Counted from the first letter of the whole stretch, positions 42,711-54,960 are shown. The stretch is 62,271 nt of DNA, filler included, from Platydemus manokwari (GCA_037951405.1; 6 parts of 6 records of this genome joined end to end with filler, not necessarily neighbours in it), one strand, 5' to 3'. The notes: a model not told the origin generated them from the sequence alone. Translations and numbers: made by a program.

Positions 42711-43297
42711 AAGCTAAGTTTTTGGTTGTTTTCTATTAAATATGAACTGTTTTTCCAAGGTTAAAAGTTGTTGTATTCGTACTTAATAGTACGTGTTGGT
42801 GAAATACAGGTTGCAACCTTCGATTCTTTTGAACCCCAAAAATTATTTGGTGATTAATGCTGACGTTAGCCTTATTATTCGTCAAATATTTATTCTGGTT
42901 CTCACTAAGTGGTCGTGGATCGGTCAACTACAACTCAGGAGATACAGTGACCTCCTGACATTATATTTCATGAATGTCTCTACATACGGATGGACTGAAA
43001 AAAAATGGATGTAAATTGTTGTATGATATTCAAACATGTAGTTACTGGAACAATTATAGAGTCAAATATTTGGTGAGAATTATTCATCAATAAATAATTT
43101 TATTTCATAATCCAAGAGATAAAAACGAACTTGTCATATCAGTGTCTTTTCCAAGATTCTGTATTTCTTATTTTGTAAACTATTTATCTTTAATCATTGA
43201 AATATCAAATCGTCTATTAAATAGAATTTCAATTTCCTTTGCATTTACTCACATCTTTTTTGTTGGACTATTTTTGTTGAGTTTAGCACTCAACCCA

Positions 43298-43515
43298 ATC
43301 AAATAATCATAGAGAAGTGTTGTGATTAGAATGGGAACTTGGTTTTAAAACTATGTTTTGTCACTATTAGATATCTTTATAAAATGAGATATTAACTGAA
43401 TTATACAAATAAATTAAACATAGCAATTGTATATTAAATTAAGTTATAAAATTATCTCATGCTCGAATATTCATTATAACGAAAGAAGGCCATAGGATCT
43501 TTTTTCTTAAATTAA
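43298..43515 (-). mobile_element. ~550-bp TIR family, partial copy 3
   Basis: TTGGTTTTAAAACTATGTTTTGTCACTATTAG...AAAATTATCTCAT closely matches 59345-59462. Confidence 0.8.
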
Positions 43516-43836
43516 GTCCAGAAATCAATATAAATATATTGTACTTCTGATTCCAATGCAATTCCAAGGCAACATAAACATACTCTGATTCAGATACAAA
43601 ACCACTTCAGTAATAAACCGATCTGATGATCAAAATTCTTGAATTATTAGAATCTCATGAATATTTATGACATGAATAATTATCCTTTGTATGGATATTA
43701 TCTTAATTCTTTTAAATTATAAATCGATAAAAGATATTAATGGGAGGCCACAAATTCTAACTAAATGATTTAAACAACAAATAATAATTAAAGCAATAAT
43801 AGTCATATGATGATATTGATAATAAGAATAGTATTA

Positions 43837-43838
<2 letters not shown>

Positions 43839-43883
<45 letters not shown>
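43839..43883. repeat. (AAT)n microsatellite
   Basis: About 15 perfect units. Confidence 0.95.
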
Positions 43884-43886
<3 letters not shown>

Positions 43887-43954
43887 AAACAAATAATAAT
43901 AACTATTAGAAGTAAGTCGTTTTATACTGAATAATTTATTTAATACAATTGCGA

Positions 43955-44775
43955 TGTTATATACATAATTTTATTGTCGATGATGTAATAACGTCTTGGG
44001 AGATTTCTTGGGTTGTAGCAACTGAGAATTGCGCAATCATTAATCAGCATGCAATCAAACGACATATACACACCATACGTACGACGTTCACTTTTGGAAC
44101 ATTTGAATACATAGAATGTTTATACTTTTACATACTAAAAATAATTATTATGTGAAATTATCTTTTATCAATCAACATTGTAAAATTGTTCGCAAAACAT
44201 TTGGGTTTATATACTTTGATTTTTCTCGATTTTGATTGGTTAAAACTTTTTTACCAATATTTTGATTGGGTAACGAATTATTTTTCGACAGGGATTTTCG
44301 ATTTATTAAATTCGATTTTTATTAGGTGAAGAGTTATTGGGTTTTATATACAGGAATTTATTTCTATTTACAACTTTACGGCCGACCAATTTATTATTTG
44401 CAATTTTATTGTTCACTAGTTTATTTACAATTTTATTACCATATTTTGAATATTTACACGAGTTTTTAATATTTACAATTTTTCCTAGATTATTTCTATT
44501 TACAACAATTGATTTCCTATTTATGCTTTTTGTATTTACAATTTCATTCACTCATACCAGACTTATTTCTAATATATACAATTATACTACTATTATTTTT
44601 ACAATATACACCAATGTTTATATTTAAGCTACTATATACATCCATATTAATTTTGTCTATGTTCAATTTCATGCCCTGTAATTGTCAGGCCTCAATGACC
44701 CATCTATGGTAATCGTTTTTACGCATTTTACTATACACTTTATAACTCAGGATTATTAATACCAAAGTGGTCACA
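43955..44775 (-). mobile_element. Putative 3' LTR of the Gypsy element at 44776-50580
   Basis: On the minus strand it runs TGTG (44775) ... TAACA (43955), with U3-like short repeats (44340-44560), CCAAT boxes (~44268, ~44238), TATATAAA (~44212) and AATAAA (~43975) in the expected order. Boundaries are approximate and no clean PPT is visible. Confidence 0.6.
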
Positions 44776-44789
44776 CTTGTAATTACTAC

Positions 44790-46720
44790 TCCTAGAATTA
44801 TTGTGCCTATTTTTTTTTCCTATATCATTTGATGTTTTCCTAATTAGCATACTGGTCGTGATTTTCTCTTTAACTGTTATCGTTCTTTTTCTTAGTGTTA
44901 CTATAATCGTTTTCAATGTATTTCTTATCAGATTCTTGGGATGTATGATTAATTGTTCCCTATGTATTATTATTTTTCGATTATTCTTCTCGTAATACCA
45001 TATGTTTATTTGAACGTTTTAATCTTCATAAATTTCTTGGGTCAACACCCCCTCAGTTGATTTTATCAGGAATTGTTCTTTATTAACATGCATTCTAACA
45101 TTTATGCAATTTAATTCTTCCCATGTTATCTGTATCTGATTTAGAAATTTCTCTATGAACACTTTCCTTGGCATTTCAGGTGTTTGAATTATCATTGTTT
45201 TCATGTTTTTACCCTTTTTTATCATTGATTGGTAGAACACTCTCATACATTCTGTCATCAGACTTTCTCAAAAGACGCTCTTCTCTAACATTCATTTCAT
45301 TCAATAATTGCGCAACAAACTGTTCTTTATCGTTACTATCAATTAATGTTATCTGACCGTATCTTGAGTATGCCTTTATCTTTTCTTTTCTGAAATCCTC
45401 ATAAGAGAACATCATCATTGGGCTTTCACATGAATGAATATTGGGTAATACTAATAAGGCAGACATCATTGTTGCTATTCTAGGTAAGCGTCTCAATCTT
45501 ATTTCTGGTGGCTCAACTCTTTCTTTTTTAGCATACATTATTATAACTGCTATTATTATTACCGTAACCATAATGGTGAAACTTATTATACATGCTATTC
45601 TTAAATTTTTAATGTCCTTTTCGGTTCCCCTTATAACTTCAGTTAACATTATTCTTTCTTTAATCAGGTTACTTCTCCATTTTTGCTGTTCAATTTTCAT
45701 TTTATGTTTTAATTGATCTATTTTCCCCTTAACTATCTTTTCCCATTCTTCTCTCTTGATTTTATCTCTTATACTTCACATCCTCTGTTGATATTCTTTT
45801 ATCTTTTCCCATTCTCTATTTCTTACCGCTTTTTGTTCATTAATTACCCCATTATTCACCCAATCTGGTATGTTAATCATGAATTTATCCTCCTTAATTG
45901 CACATAACTTAAGATCTTTCTTACAATTACATTTAGAATCCAATGCATTCCATTGAAACTGCTTTGTTGATATTTTATGCAACCCCACTTTGGAAAGTAT
46001 TAAAGCTTGTTCTAACTCATCATTGCTCAGTGTTATCTTTACTTCCTTATCTATTGTTATTTTAATTGATGTTCCCATTAATGGTTGTAAATGATATCTT
46101 ATTTTCTTACAGTATGGTTCCCATGAAATTCCTATCCTTTCTTTTTCCTTTGGAACTTTAAATTTCCATTCATTTATAACCGGTTTTTTTCATTCATCAT
46201 TAATTGTAACCGTCCTATCGCTGATATTGTCATCTTTACCTTTCTTGGGCTCATGAATTCTATCATGACTACGAAATTTATTCTCCATTTTAGTTCTAAC
46301 TTTTCTTCCCACTTTCCTATTATTGTTATTTATCTTAATTTCTCTTTTTTACATATTTCTCCTAATCATTGATGACACTTTATAACTACATCTACCATTT
46401 TCCCCTTTTCATTAACTTATATTTCTTCAATTGTCCTTAATTTTCTTCAATTGCATTTATTTTGACATTCTATTCTTGCACGGTAGAATGAACTTTTTGA
46501 GTTCTAATTTATCAATTTTACAAACGGGTTCCATATCCTTATTTCTTATAAATGATAGTGTAGTTATAACATTTTCCACTTCATTCTCTTTCGTTTTGTT
46601 AAATTCCTTTATCGTCATGTTTTGTGGATTTATCGGGCTTATCATGGAACAAATTATCAAACAGATTATCACTAATTGACTTATCCTATTAATTGATATT
46701 ATTTCACATTCTTTCTCAAT
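44790..46720 (-). pseudogene. Env-position ORF of the Gypsy element (signal peptide, ectodomain, TM, second hydrophobic segment); frameshifted, family unrecognised
   Basis: LVIICLIICSMISPINPQ (signal-like, ~46675-46620); ORF pieces 46457..46672, 45776..46078, 45209..45700 and 45019..45258; TM IACIISFTIMVTVIIIAVIIMYA (45598-45530); IATMMSALLVLPNIHSC (45478-45428). Confidence 0.6.
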
Positions 46721-49700
46721 TTACTTTATGATGTTTATATTTAGGATATATTTCTGGGTTTGTTCTGGTTTCTTTCTTAAAGTATCTTTCCTATTTGCTA
46801 CTATTTGTGGTTCATATTCCGCTTTCTTAAACCTATTTACATGAACTACAGATGGGTCTTCATTTTTCTTCTTTTTAATAAACAGATTGGTATTAGTTAC
46901 TTCTACAACCTCATACGGTTCTTTATATGGTCTTTGTAATTTGGGTGAAATTCCTTTCTTAACCTCTGGGGCATAGATCCTAACCTTATCTCCTATTTTA
47001 AATCCATGACTGCATGCTTTTCTATCATGGTAATCCTTATATTGTTCTTGTTTGAATTTTAAATTCAACTTAGCATGTTGATACGTTTCTCCCAATCTTT
47101 CTTTCATTACAATTACGTATTCTTTTTCGTTTATTAATTGAGATGTCTTTGGCAGAAATTCAAGGTCTATTGGCAAATACGCATCCCTCAGGTGCATGAG
47201 GTAAAACGGTGAATAATTAGTTGCTTCGTTAATAGCTGTATTATATGCAAACCCCAATCAGTTGGCTTTTTATTTATGAAATTCGATAACGTATTTTGCA
47301 ACGTTTGATTGTAACAATCAAATAAACCATCTGCTTGTGGTCTATATGGAGATGTATTGATTTTCTTTATTTTAAAAGTCTCCGTTACTTCTCTAACGAT
47401 GTTACTTAAGAAGTCTTTCTCTCTATCAATCAATAATTTGCTGGGTGCTCCATATTGAAAAATTTTTTTTCTACTAGTAACTTGACTAAGGTCTCACTTT
47501 TATGATTTTTTACTGAGTATGCGAGTGACATTTGGGTGAAATAGTCACAGAATACTATTATGTATTTATTTCCTTTTTCAGTTATTGGTAACGGACCCAT
47601 TACGTCCATTGCACACATTTCCATTGATCTTCCTTCTGGTGGTAAAGGTTTTAACGGTATTTTTCTTATTCTACCGGTATTTTATCGTGTGATTGCACCA
47701 TTTCTCTATATCCTTTTTCATATTATCACATTAATATTTTGCTTTTAACTTTCCATGTGTTTTTCGTTTTGATAGATGACCTCCCAATGCTCCATCATGA
47801 TAGGATAACAACAAAAGGTTCCGTTAATCTTTTAGGTACCACTATTAAATTTTCGTCTCCATATGTTAGAATGTTTCCTTTATTTAACTTATATAATTTA
47901 ATTTTTTCACTATCTTCTCCTTTTTCTATGAACTATCTTATTTTTCCTTATTTTACTATCCTCTTTTAGCTCGTTTACAATCTCTTGCATGTCTATTTTG
48001 GTGTTAACAGTTTGTATAAGGAAATTTACAACATTTATTCCTAATGTCTTATTTTCTGATTTTTCAGGAATTCGGGACATCGGGTCCGCATTACCATTTG
48101 ACTTTCCAGTTCTATATATAATTTTAATGTTATGGTCTTGTAATTTTAACGCCCATTTAATTAATCGACTGCTGGTATCCCTGTGTTTCATTAGACTTTC
48201 TAATGGATTATTGTCGGTATTTAGTATTATTTCGCTTTCATAGATGTACTGACGAAATTCTTTTAATGCAAAAACTATTGCCAAACATTCTTTTTCTATT
48301 CCTTTTCAGATTCTTTTAACGATCTGCTTGCTCAAGCTATTACATGATCAGGTTGTCCTTCTTTCTGTTGTCCTAATACTGCTCCTAATGCCTCATTACT
48401 TGCGTCTGTCATGACTATGAATGGTTTTGTCATATCTGGGTATCTTAACACCGGTGCATGTGTTAGGTTATATTTTAGATTTTCAAACGCTTTGTTTATC
48501 TCCCCATCCTAATTTCATATTAATTTCTCCTTTACTTCTTTTTCCTCTACCTATTGTCTTGTCTATTTTTTTCTGTTGACCATGTTTTCTTTTATATTCT
48601 GCCGATGCCTTTTCATAGCATTATATATTGGCAAAGCTGTTTGTGCATATTTTTTCTTGAAACCTCCTATAATAGCCTGCCATTCTTAAGAATGTCTCAG
48701 CTTCATTCATTGTTGTCGACGCTGGAAATTTTTCAACTTTTTCTATTTTAGCGGGATCGGGTGCTATTTCTTTTGATGATATTATATGTCCTACGAATGT
48801 TACTTTAGGTTTAGCCAATCGACATTTTGTGGGTTTAATTTTTAATCCTGCTTTTTTTAACCGGAAAATCACTCTTCCTATGTCGATTAAATGTTCCTCG
48901 AATGTAAACTAATATATCGTTAATGTAGACCATTGGTAAATCGGTTAAAACGGTATTCATTAACCTTTAAAATGTTGCGGGAGCTCCATTTAAACCAAAA
49001 TACATTTTTACAAACTCATATAATCCTTCTCCTAGACAGAATGCTGTTTTTTCTATATCATCCTCTTTCATTTTAACTTGATTGATTCCCTTATTCAAAT
49101 TCAATTTGGTGTAAAACTTGGCTCCGTTTAACTTATCAAATATTTCCCTTATGTTAGGTAATGGAAATACATCCTGTTTTGTATTTTTATTTAATTTCCT
49201 ATAGTCTGCACAGAGTGTTATTTCTCCATATTTTTTCTTCACTGGGACCATATAGGTTTTAAATGGCGATTTACTTTTTCTTACAAGTCCAAATTCTTCC
49301 ACATCCCTAACTTGTTTTTCAGCTTCTTCTAACAACTTATACGGCATTCTCCGTGATGGTAATTTTATGGGTGTGTTGTCAGTCATTACTATTTCATGTT
49401 CTATTACTGCTGTTGATCCTACATCATATTCATGTTTTGCCATTAGGTCCTTATATTGGTCTATTACTTCTTGTAATTGCTCATTTTGTTCTAATGTCAA
49501 ATTTTCCTCTTGTATTTTTACTTCAGAATATTTTTTAATCCTATCAGGTGTATTAGCATCTACCATTGCTTCTCCTTGATGTATTATTTTATCCTCTGTA
49601 TCACAATTTATTATGTATACTGGAAAACATCCGTCTTTAACTTGTGCAAAGGTATTGATCATTTTAACATTTTCTTTAATCATTTTAGATTCTAACATGA

Positions 49701-50580
49701 ATGTCTTATCCTTATATTCCTCATTTATGAGTATGTGATATATCCCTTTACTCCATTTTGGGATTATCATGTTTTCGCATATTCTTATGATTTTATTCGG
49801 CTTTTCGATTTTATCATTACTTCTATTGGGCATATTTAAGTTCTTGTAATTTCTTAATTTTTCTATTTAATCGCTTGATTTTATTCGTAATGTACGCAAG
49901 TCCAAATACCATCCTTTAAGCCTTCCTAACAAATCCATTCCTATCAACACTGCAAATAATGCTTTTTCTATGACTTTAATCATGTGATCTCTTTTTATGT
50001 TTCCCATTATCAGACTCAAGACTACTTTCCCTACTGTTCTTATAGGTGCTCCTGTTGCTCCTGTTAATGTATCTGTGTCTACTTCTATTTTTTCCATTTC
50101 CTCCGTGTCTAATATTTTAGTGCTCACCAGTGATACATCAGCTCATGTGTCTATCAATGCTTTTACAAATCTTCCTTTTATTTGTACTATTATAATTGGT
50201 CTTGTACCCTTTTTAGGCGTTATTTGCACCATTCTTATTTTGTATAAATGGGGTTGTATTTGCGGATATAATGGTATGTTTTGCTATTTTTCACTTAATG
50301 CCTTAGTACTATCTATTATTTCTTCTATTTGCATTCTAGCCTGTCGATCTTCTAGTGCGAACATGGGTTTAATTCCTTCTACTGTTGGTGGTCGTTGGTA
50401 ATATTCTTGTGGATACTTATGACTTTTTACTTTTATAGGGTTATACATTGACTGTGGTTGTACTAATTGTAGTGGAAGTCTAGGGTTATTTTCTCCTGCT
50501 TTTAACAATTCTATATCTTTTTGATGTTTTACCTATGTTAGATGTTTTGCTATTTGTGGCCAGATGAAACACAAGCCTTG
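46721..50580 (-). mobile_element. Decayed Ty3/Gypsy LTR retrotransposon: gag C-terminus, protease, RT, RNase H, integrase
   Basis: Degenerate knuckle GLCFI..GH..AKH (~50575-50540); KALIDT*ADVSLV (protease, ~50165-50125); LCADYRKLNKNTKQDVFPLPNI, KTAF, YINDIL (RT); TDAS, EKECLAIVFALKEFRQY, RLIKWALKLQ, NADPMSR (RNase H); HDGALGGH, MDVMGP, SPYRPQADG, AYNT..YSPF, KLQRPYKEPY..VHVNRFK (integrase with GPY/F-like module). PR-RT-RH-IN order. Confidence 0.95.
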
Positions 50581-50583
50581 CTA

Positions 50584-52349
50584 AGAACACTTAAATACAT
50601 CCTTCAAGGTTTTTGCCGAAATGATCGATGAGAAAATCGCCTTTATCAATGCTATGATGTAGTATATTCCCAAGGAAAATGAAAATATTTCCCCAATTTC
50701 CTGAAAACCTCCGTAAAGACTATAGAACATTCCCTTAAAATGGTCTGCTGATAGCAACGCCTCATAATTGAGTGATCCGTCAATACTTCCTTGTAACACC
50801 TTATGCACCATATTCATTATGACTTTCTCTATTTGTATCGGAAACAACATATGCTTTCTAGCTTTTTCTATATCCTCAGCTGCGTATATTCCATTTTTAT
50901 CCATATTAGTGAATGGTTTAAAAGCTAAATTTCCTGTTGGTCCATTTGCTTTCAAGGTCTTAACATCACTACGCGGTTTTTTATCATCAGTTCCTATCCA
51001 TCTCCAATAATCAAATCGAAATACAGGATCCATTACATTTAAACAAGCGTCTATTGGAGGTGCCTTATAATTATGTCCTAAGATTATCCTAGTGACCGGT
51101 TGTAAGAACGTTTTTGGTTATTATATATTATTGGCATTTCGTTGGTACAATGCTCATGCTTCCTTATAACAAGATTGATTACTTTTTTGCACTTAAAGGT
51201 ATAAATTAATACTTTCCCTACTACTCGAGCAAATGTTCCTCTCTCCTCAAATATTATAGGTGCTACTAATTCCGGATTCGTTATTGCTAACGCTAACTTA
51301 GTTTTCAAGACTTCTCAACTTAACTTACAATCATTCAATATCAGTTCCATATAGACTTTCTCCATTAAATAGTCCAACTTATTGTTAAAGTATTGTGCTA
51401 GCTTCACATCCAACTTATTGACTTCTCTTTTGGCGTCTTTTATTTCATTCTCACTCAGGTATATTCCTTTATAGTTTGTTACTATAACCATTTGAGCACA
51501 TTTTCTATCTCGACCCTTATGTATAAACCTAGTTGCACTTTTTCCTTCTTCACTCATGTATACCGTTGGTGTTTCTTTCATTCTTATTTCAGATGTTTGC
51601 CTATTACTATTGGGTATATAACTTTCCGCAAACTTTGTCTCTTTAAATATTTTTCCATTTACTGCGTGCAACTTTCCTTTTTAATAACGTTAATAAACAT
51701 TGGTATGGATAAGCCTTATACATTATTAATGATGTTCCTGTGTCACATATTTCCTTCTCGTATTCACAATGTATCCATGCTGTCATTTTTTTAGTCTGAT
51801 CACTAAATGTAGCTTGGAATTCTCTTAATTCTATGATGTAATGTCTTAATGCTACTACATTTTCTAATGTCTTATTCCACACTTGATATTATGAACCCTT
51901 ACAGTAACCTTCTGTTCTTCTCCATCCTGCAGGTCCTATTGTTTGTCTTGTTATGCCTTTCCTTAATGTCATTGCATATCCTTGCGATGTGTAATATGTT
52001 CTTTTCTCAAATGATTGTTTACATTTTTCCTATGTTGGTATTTCTGGCATTGGTGCCCATGCAGGTTCTAATACTGTTGTATATGCTTCTGATGCCTATG
52101 ATCAGTGAAATATTAACTTCTCTGACTTTTTCAAACAGAAATTCGGACTCTTGAATACAGGTACATTTCCTTAGCTATTGATTTTGTTAAATGTACAGGG
52201 TATGATTCCGGACATTTATCAATGTCTAGCAATGAATATTTTTGTCCCCATCGTGGTTTTCCACAATCATATTCATCAATTCCTGTTTCAACACCTCCTA
52301 TTAATCCTACCAGATACATTGTAAGCAACGTTTGAACTATGGTGGTAAA
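50584..52349 (-). pseudogene. Chuvirus-like (Jingchuvirales-type) envelope glycoprotein, frameshifted and C-terminally truncated
   Basis: Collinear motifs across 5-6 broken frames: signal TTIVQTLLTMYLVGLIGGVETG; YDCG..YSLLDIDKCP; QESEF; PAG..EGYCKG..ENVVA; CEYEKEICDTG; KCAQ..TNY; YFNNKLDY..NDCKL; LALA..PE..GTFARVVG..FKC..CTNEMPI; GIY..DIEKARKHMLFP; FQEIG..LGIYYIIALIKAIFSSII (TM). Recognised from recalled family motifs, not from a database search. Confidence 0.8.
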
Positions 52350-53332
52350 CTTAGATTTTTGCTTAAGCTGTTTTTCTGATAATTTTATTTCATTTTGCAT
52401 TATGAGTTTTTCGTTCTCAATCATTTTTTCTAATATTGACTGTATTAATTTAAACCATCCTTGATTTTGATTAATTTCATTCTCATATTCATTTGATATT
52501 AATTCCGCTCCTTCCTCTTTGTCAATTATTTTATTATTCATTAAATTCATCGTCGTTTGCAGGGTTGTTATCATTCTTCCTGGTGTTTTCTCCTCATTTA
52601 AAATATTAATTACTTCCTTAGCTGTTTCCTTATCCGATATTTTGTTGCTTATTTGGTTTATGTCTTCTCTGTATTTACTCGTACAATGCTCTAATGCCTT
52701 TATTTGCAATCTTTCATTTTTATCTAAAGCGCTGGCTTCGCCACTAAGTGCTTGTAAATATTGTTTAATTTTTTCCTTTGCTTCTTCTCTTTGATTAAAT
52801 TCTTTAATTGCCTGTGCATGTGACTGTTTTTTCTCTAAATCGCGGATTTCGTCACTAAGTGCTTGTGTTTGATATTTGATTCTCCATTTAACTTTTTCTT
52901 CTATGTCAGAATCTTTAGGTGGTATGTCTCGTTCGCTTGATTTTAAAGGGTTGTCGCAATTTATGATTTTATTTTCGTCGAATGTTATGGGATCATCGTT
53001 GTTTATGATTTTATTTTTAATTTTATTCTTAACTCCTGGTGGTCTTCCTCTAGTTTTTCTCATTGTTGTTTCTTGATCTCTCATTTCCTTATTATCTTTT
53101 ATTTCTTCTTCTGTTTCAGTTCCTTTCTCTATCCTATCTTCTTCTCTTTTCCTTAACTCTTTTTCTTCATTCCATTTCCCTAACCTATTTTCTTCTATAT
53201 TTTTTCCTTGAACTTCTTATTCTATCATTTCTCCATTGTTACCATAGTTATATGCGACTAATTGATTTATTGGCTCATTTATAGCTTGAAATGTTCTTGA
53301 TGTTGATGGTATACATTCTTCTCTTATCATGT
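52350..53332 (-). pseudogene. Charged/coiled-coil segment with AT-hook, in frame with the glycoprotein signal peptide (probable polyprotein linker or integrase tail)
   Basis: ORF 52131..53084 runs RKTRGRPPG -> E/K-rich helices -> signal peptide -> YDCG without a stop. The same frame extends to the gap at 53333 with one TAA. Confidence 0.6.
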
Positions 53333-53432
53333 NNNNNNNNNNNNNNNNNNNNNNNNNNNNNNNNNNNNNNNNNNNNTTAATTAATTAANNNNNNNNNNNN
53401 NNNNNNNNNNNNNNNNNNNNNNNNNNNNNNNN
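53333..53432. other. Assembly spacer N44-TTAATTAATTAA-N44
   Basis: Same 100-bp linker; true gap size unknown. Confidence 0.95.
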
Positions 53433-54960
53433 AACCATTTCAGAGCTACATGATCAGTTCTCACAATAAATTTCTTACCATATAAGTAGTGCTTAAATTT
53501 TTTAACAAAAACATAGATGGCTAGCAACTCTTTTCTTGTTATACAATATTTACGCTGCACTTTTGTCAATACTTTTGATGCATACGCTATCACTCGTTCT
53601 TCACCGTTTTGTATTTGAGAAAGCAAGACTCATATGGCACCGAAAGATGCATCAGTTTCCAAAACATTTCCCTTCTTTGCATGGTAAACTTAGAATTGGT
53701 GGTGAAATTAATGATGTTCTAATTTGTGAATAGATGCAGTTGCTAAATTATTCCACTCAAATTTGCTTTCTTTCTTCAGTTATTGGTATAGTGGTTGGGT
53801 AATACCAGTAAAATCTATCATAAGCCGCCTAAAATAGCCACATAATCCCAGAAATACCTGTAATTCCTTGACACATTGAGGTTGTAACCATTTTTTTTTA
53901 TTACAACAAGCTTGTCTTCATATGTTCGTATGCCGTTTTGGTCAATCACATGTCCTAAATACTTAATTTGTTTTCTGAAGAAAAAACATTTCTTTGGAGC
54001 CATTTTCAACCCAGCTTCATCAATTCGATTTAAGACTCCTTCCAACATTTCATTGTGCTCATTGACTATTCTTCCAAATATCAGAATATCATCTAGACAG
54101 ACTTCGCAGTTTGTCCAATCTTCAGTCTTCAATACGACATTCATTAGTTTCTGAAAAGTAGCAGCTACTGAACATAATTCAAAAGGCATTCGATTAAACT
54201 GAAACTGTCCGTATCTAGTTCTGAATGCTGTTTTTTCTTTTGTTTCTTCCTCCAATTCTACTTGATGATATCCGTTCGCCAAATCTATTGTTGAAAAATA
54301 TTCTTATACAGCATCGAATATTTCTTCAGAGTTTGGTATAGGCAAAATTGGTCTGAACGTAGCTGCATTTAGCTTCCCATAATCTACGCACATTCTACTC
54401 GTTCCATCCTTTTCCTAACTAGCACTATTGGGAAATTCTACCCTGAATTACTTGGACTAATAACGTTTGATTCCAACATTCCATCTATTAGATGTTTAAC
54501 CTCTTCTAAACCCAATTCTACGAAGTTTGACAGCTATTGATTGATCAATGTTTGTTTTGATACTAAGTCCTCTGTATTTCGATAGAATTCTCATAAGATT
54601 ATTCTTATCCTCAGGATTCAGTTTATCATCTAAGTTCTGATCAACGTGTTTTAATATTTCATCTAATCGATTTTCTCTCTTTCCGGAACATAAATTATAC
54701 AACTCAACTGAATTCCAAATGCTGCTCTGGTTTATTTCATATACTCTTCTATCCAACCTAAATACATTCCAGTCTAAATTTTGTTGGTGCCATTCTCAAT
54801 TTGCTTCAAGCTTACTGAAACATATCCGTTATTTACTTTAATCAATGAATTGGCTATTATCAAATCCTTGCTACAAACACATACTCCAAAAACCTATCCA
54901 CTTTTCTGCTATATACGTCAACAACTATAGCTTTTACAAAGTAATCACCATCTTCCAACA
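53433..54960 (-). mobile_element. Ty3/Gypsy pol remnant (RT and RNase H) reading toward the gap
   Basis: MCVDYGKLN..PIP; DLANGYHQV..KTAFRTRYGQFQFNRMPF..ATFQ; CLDDILIF; KYLGHVI; ETDASFGAI; ERVIAYAS..YCITRKELLAI..FKHYLYG..RTDHVALKW. Confidence 0.92.

Noticed and set aside
44306-53284. Numerous + strand ORFs (e.g. 44337..44627, 49997..50401, 51849..52154, 52519..52794)
   Set aside because: Antisense shadows of the A-rich minus-strand retroelement or LTR repeats.
53381-53432. ORF extension through X residues
   Set aside because: It runs into the artificial N/TTAATTAATTAA spacer.
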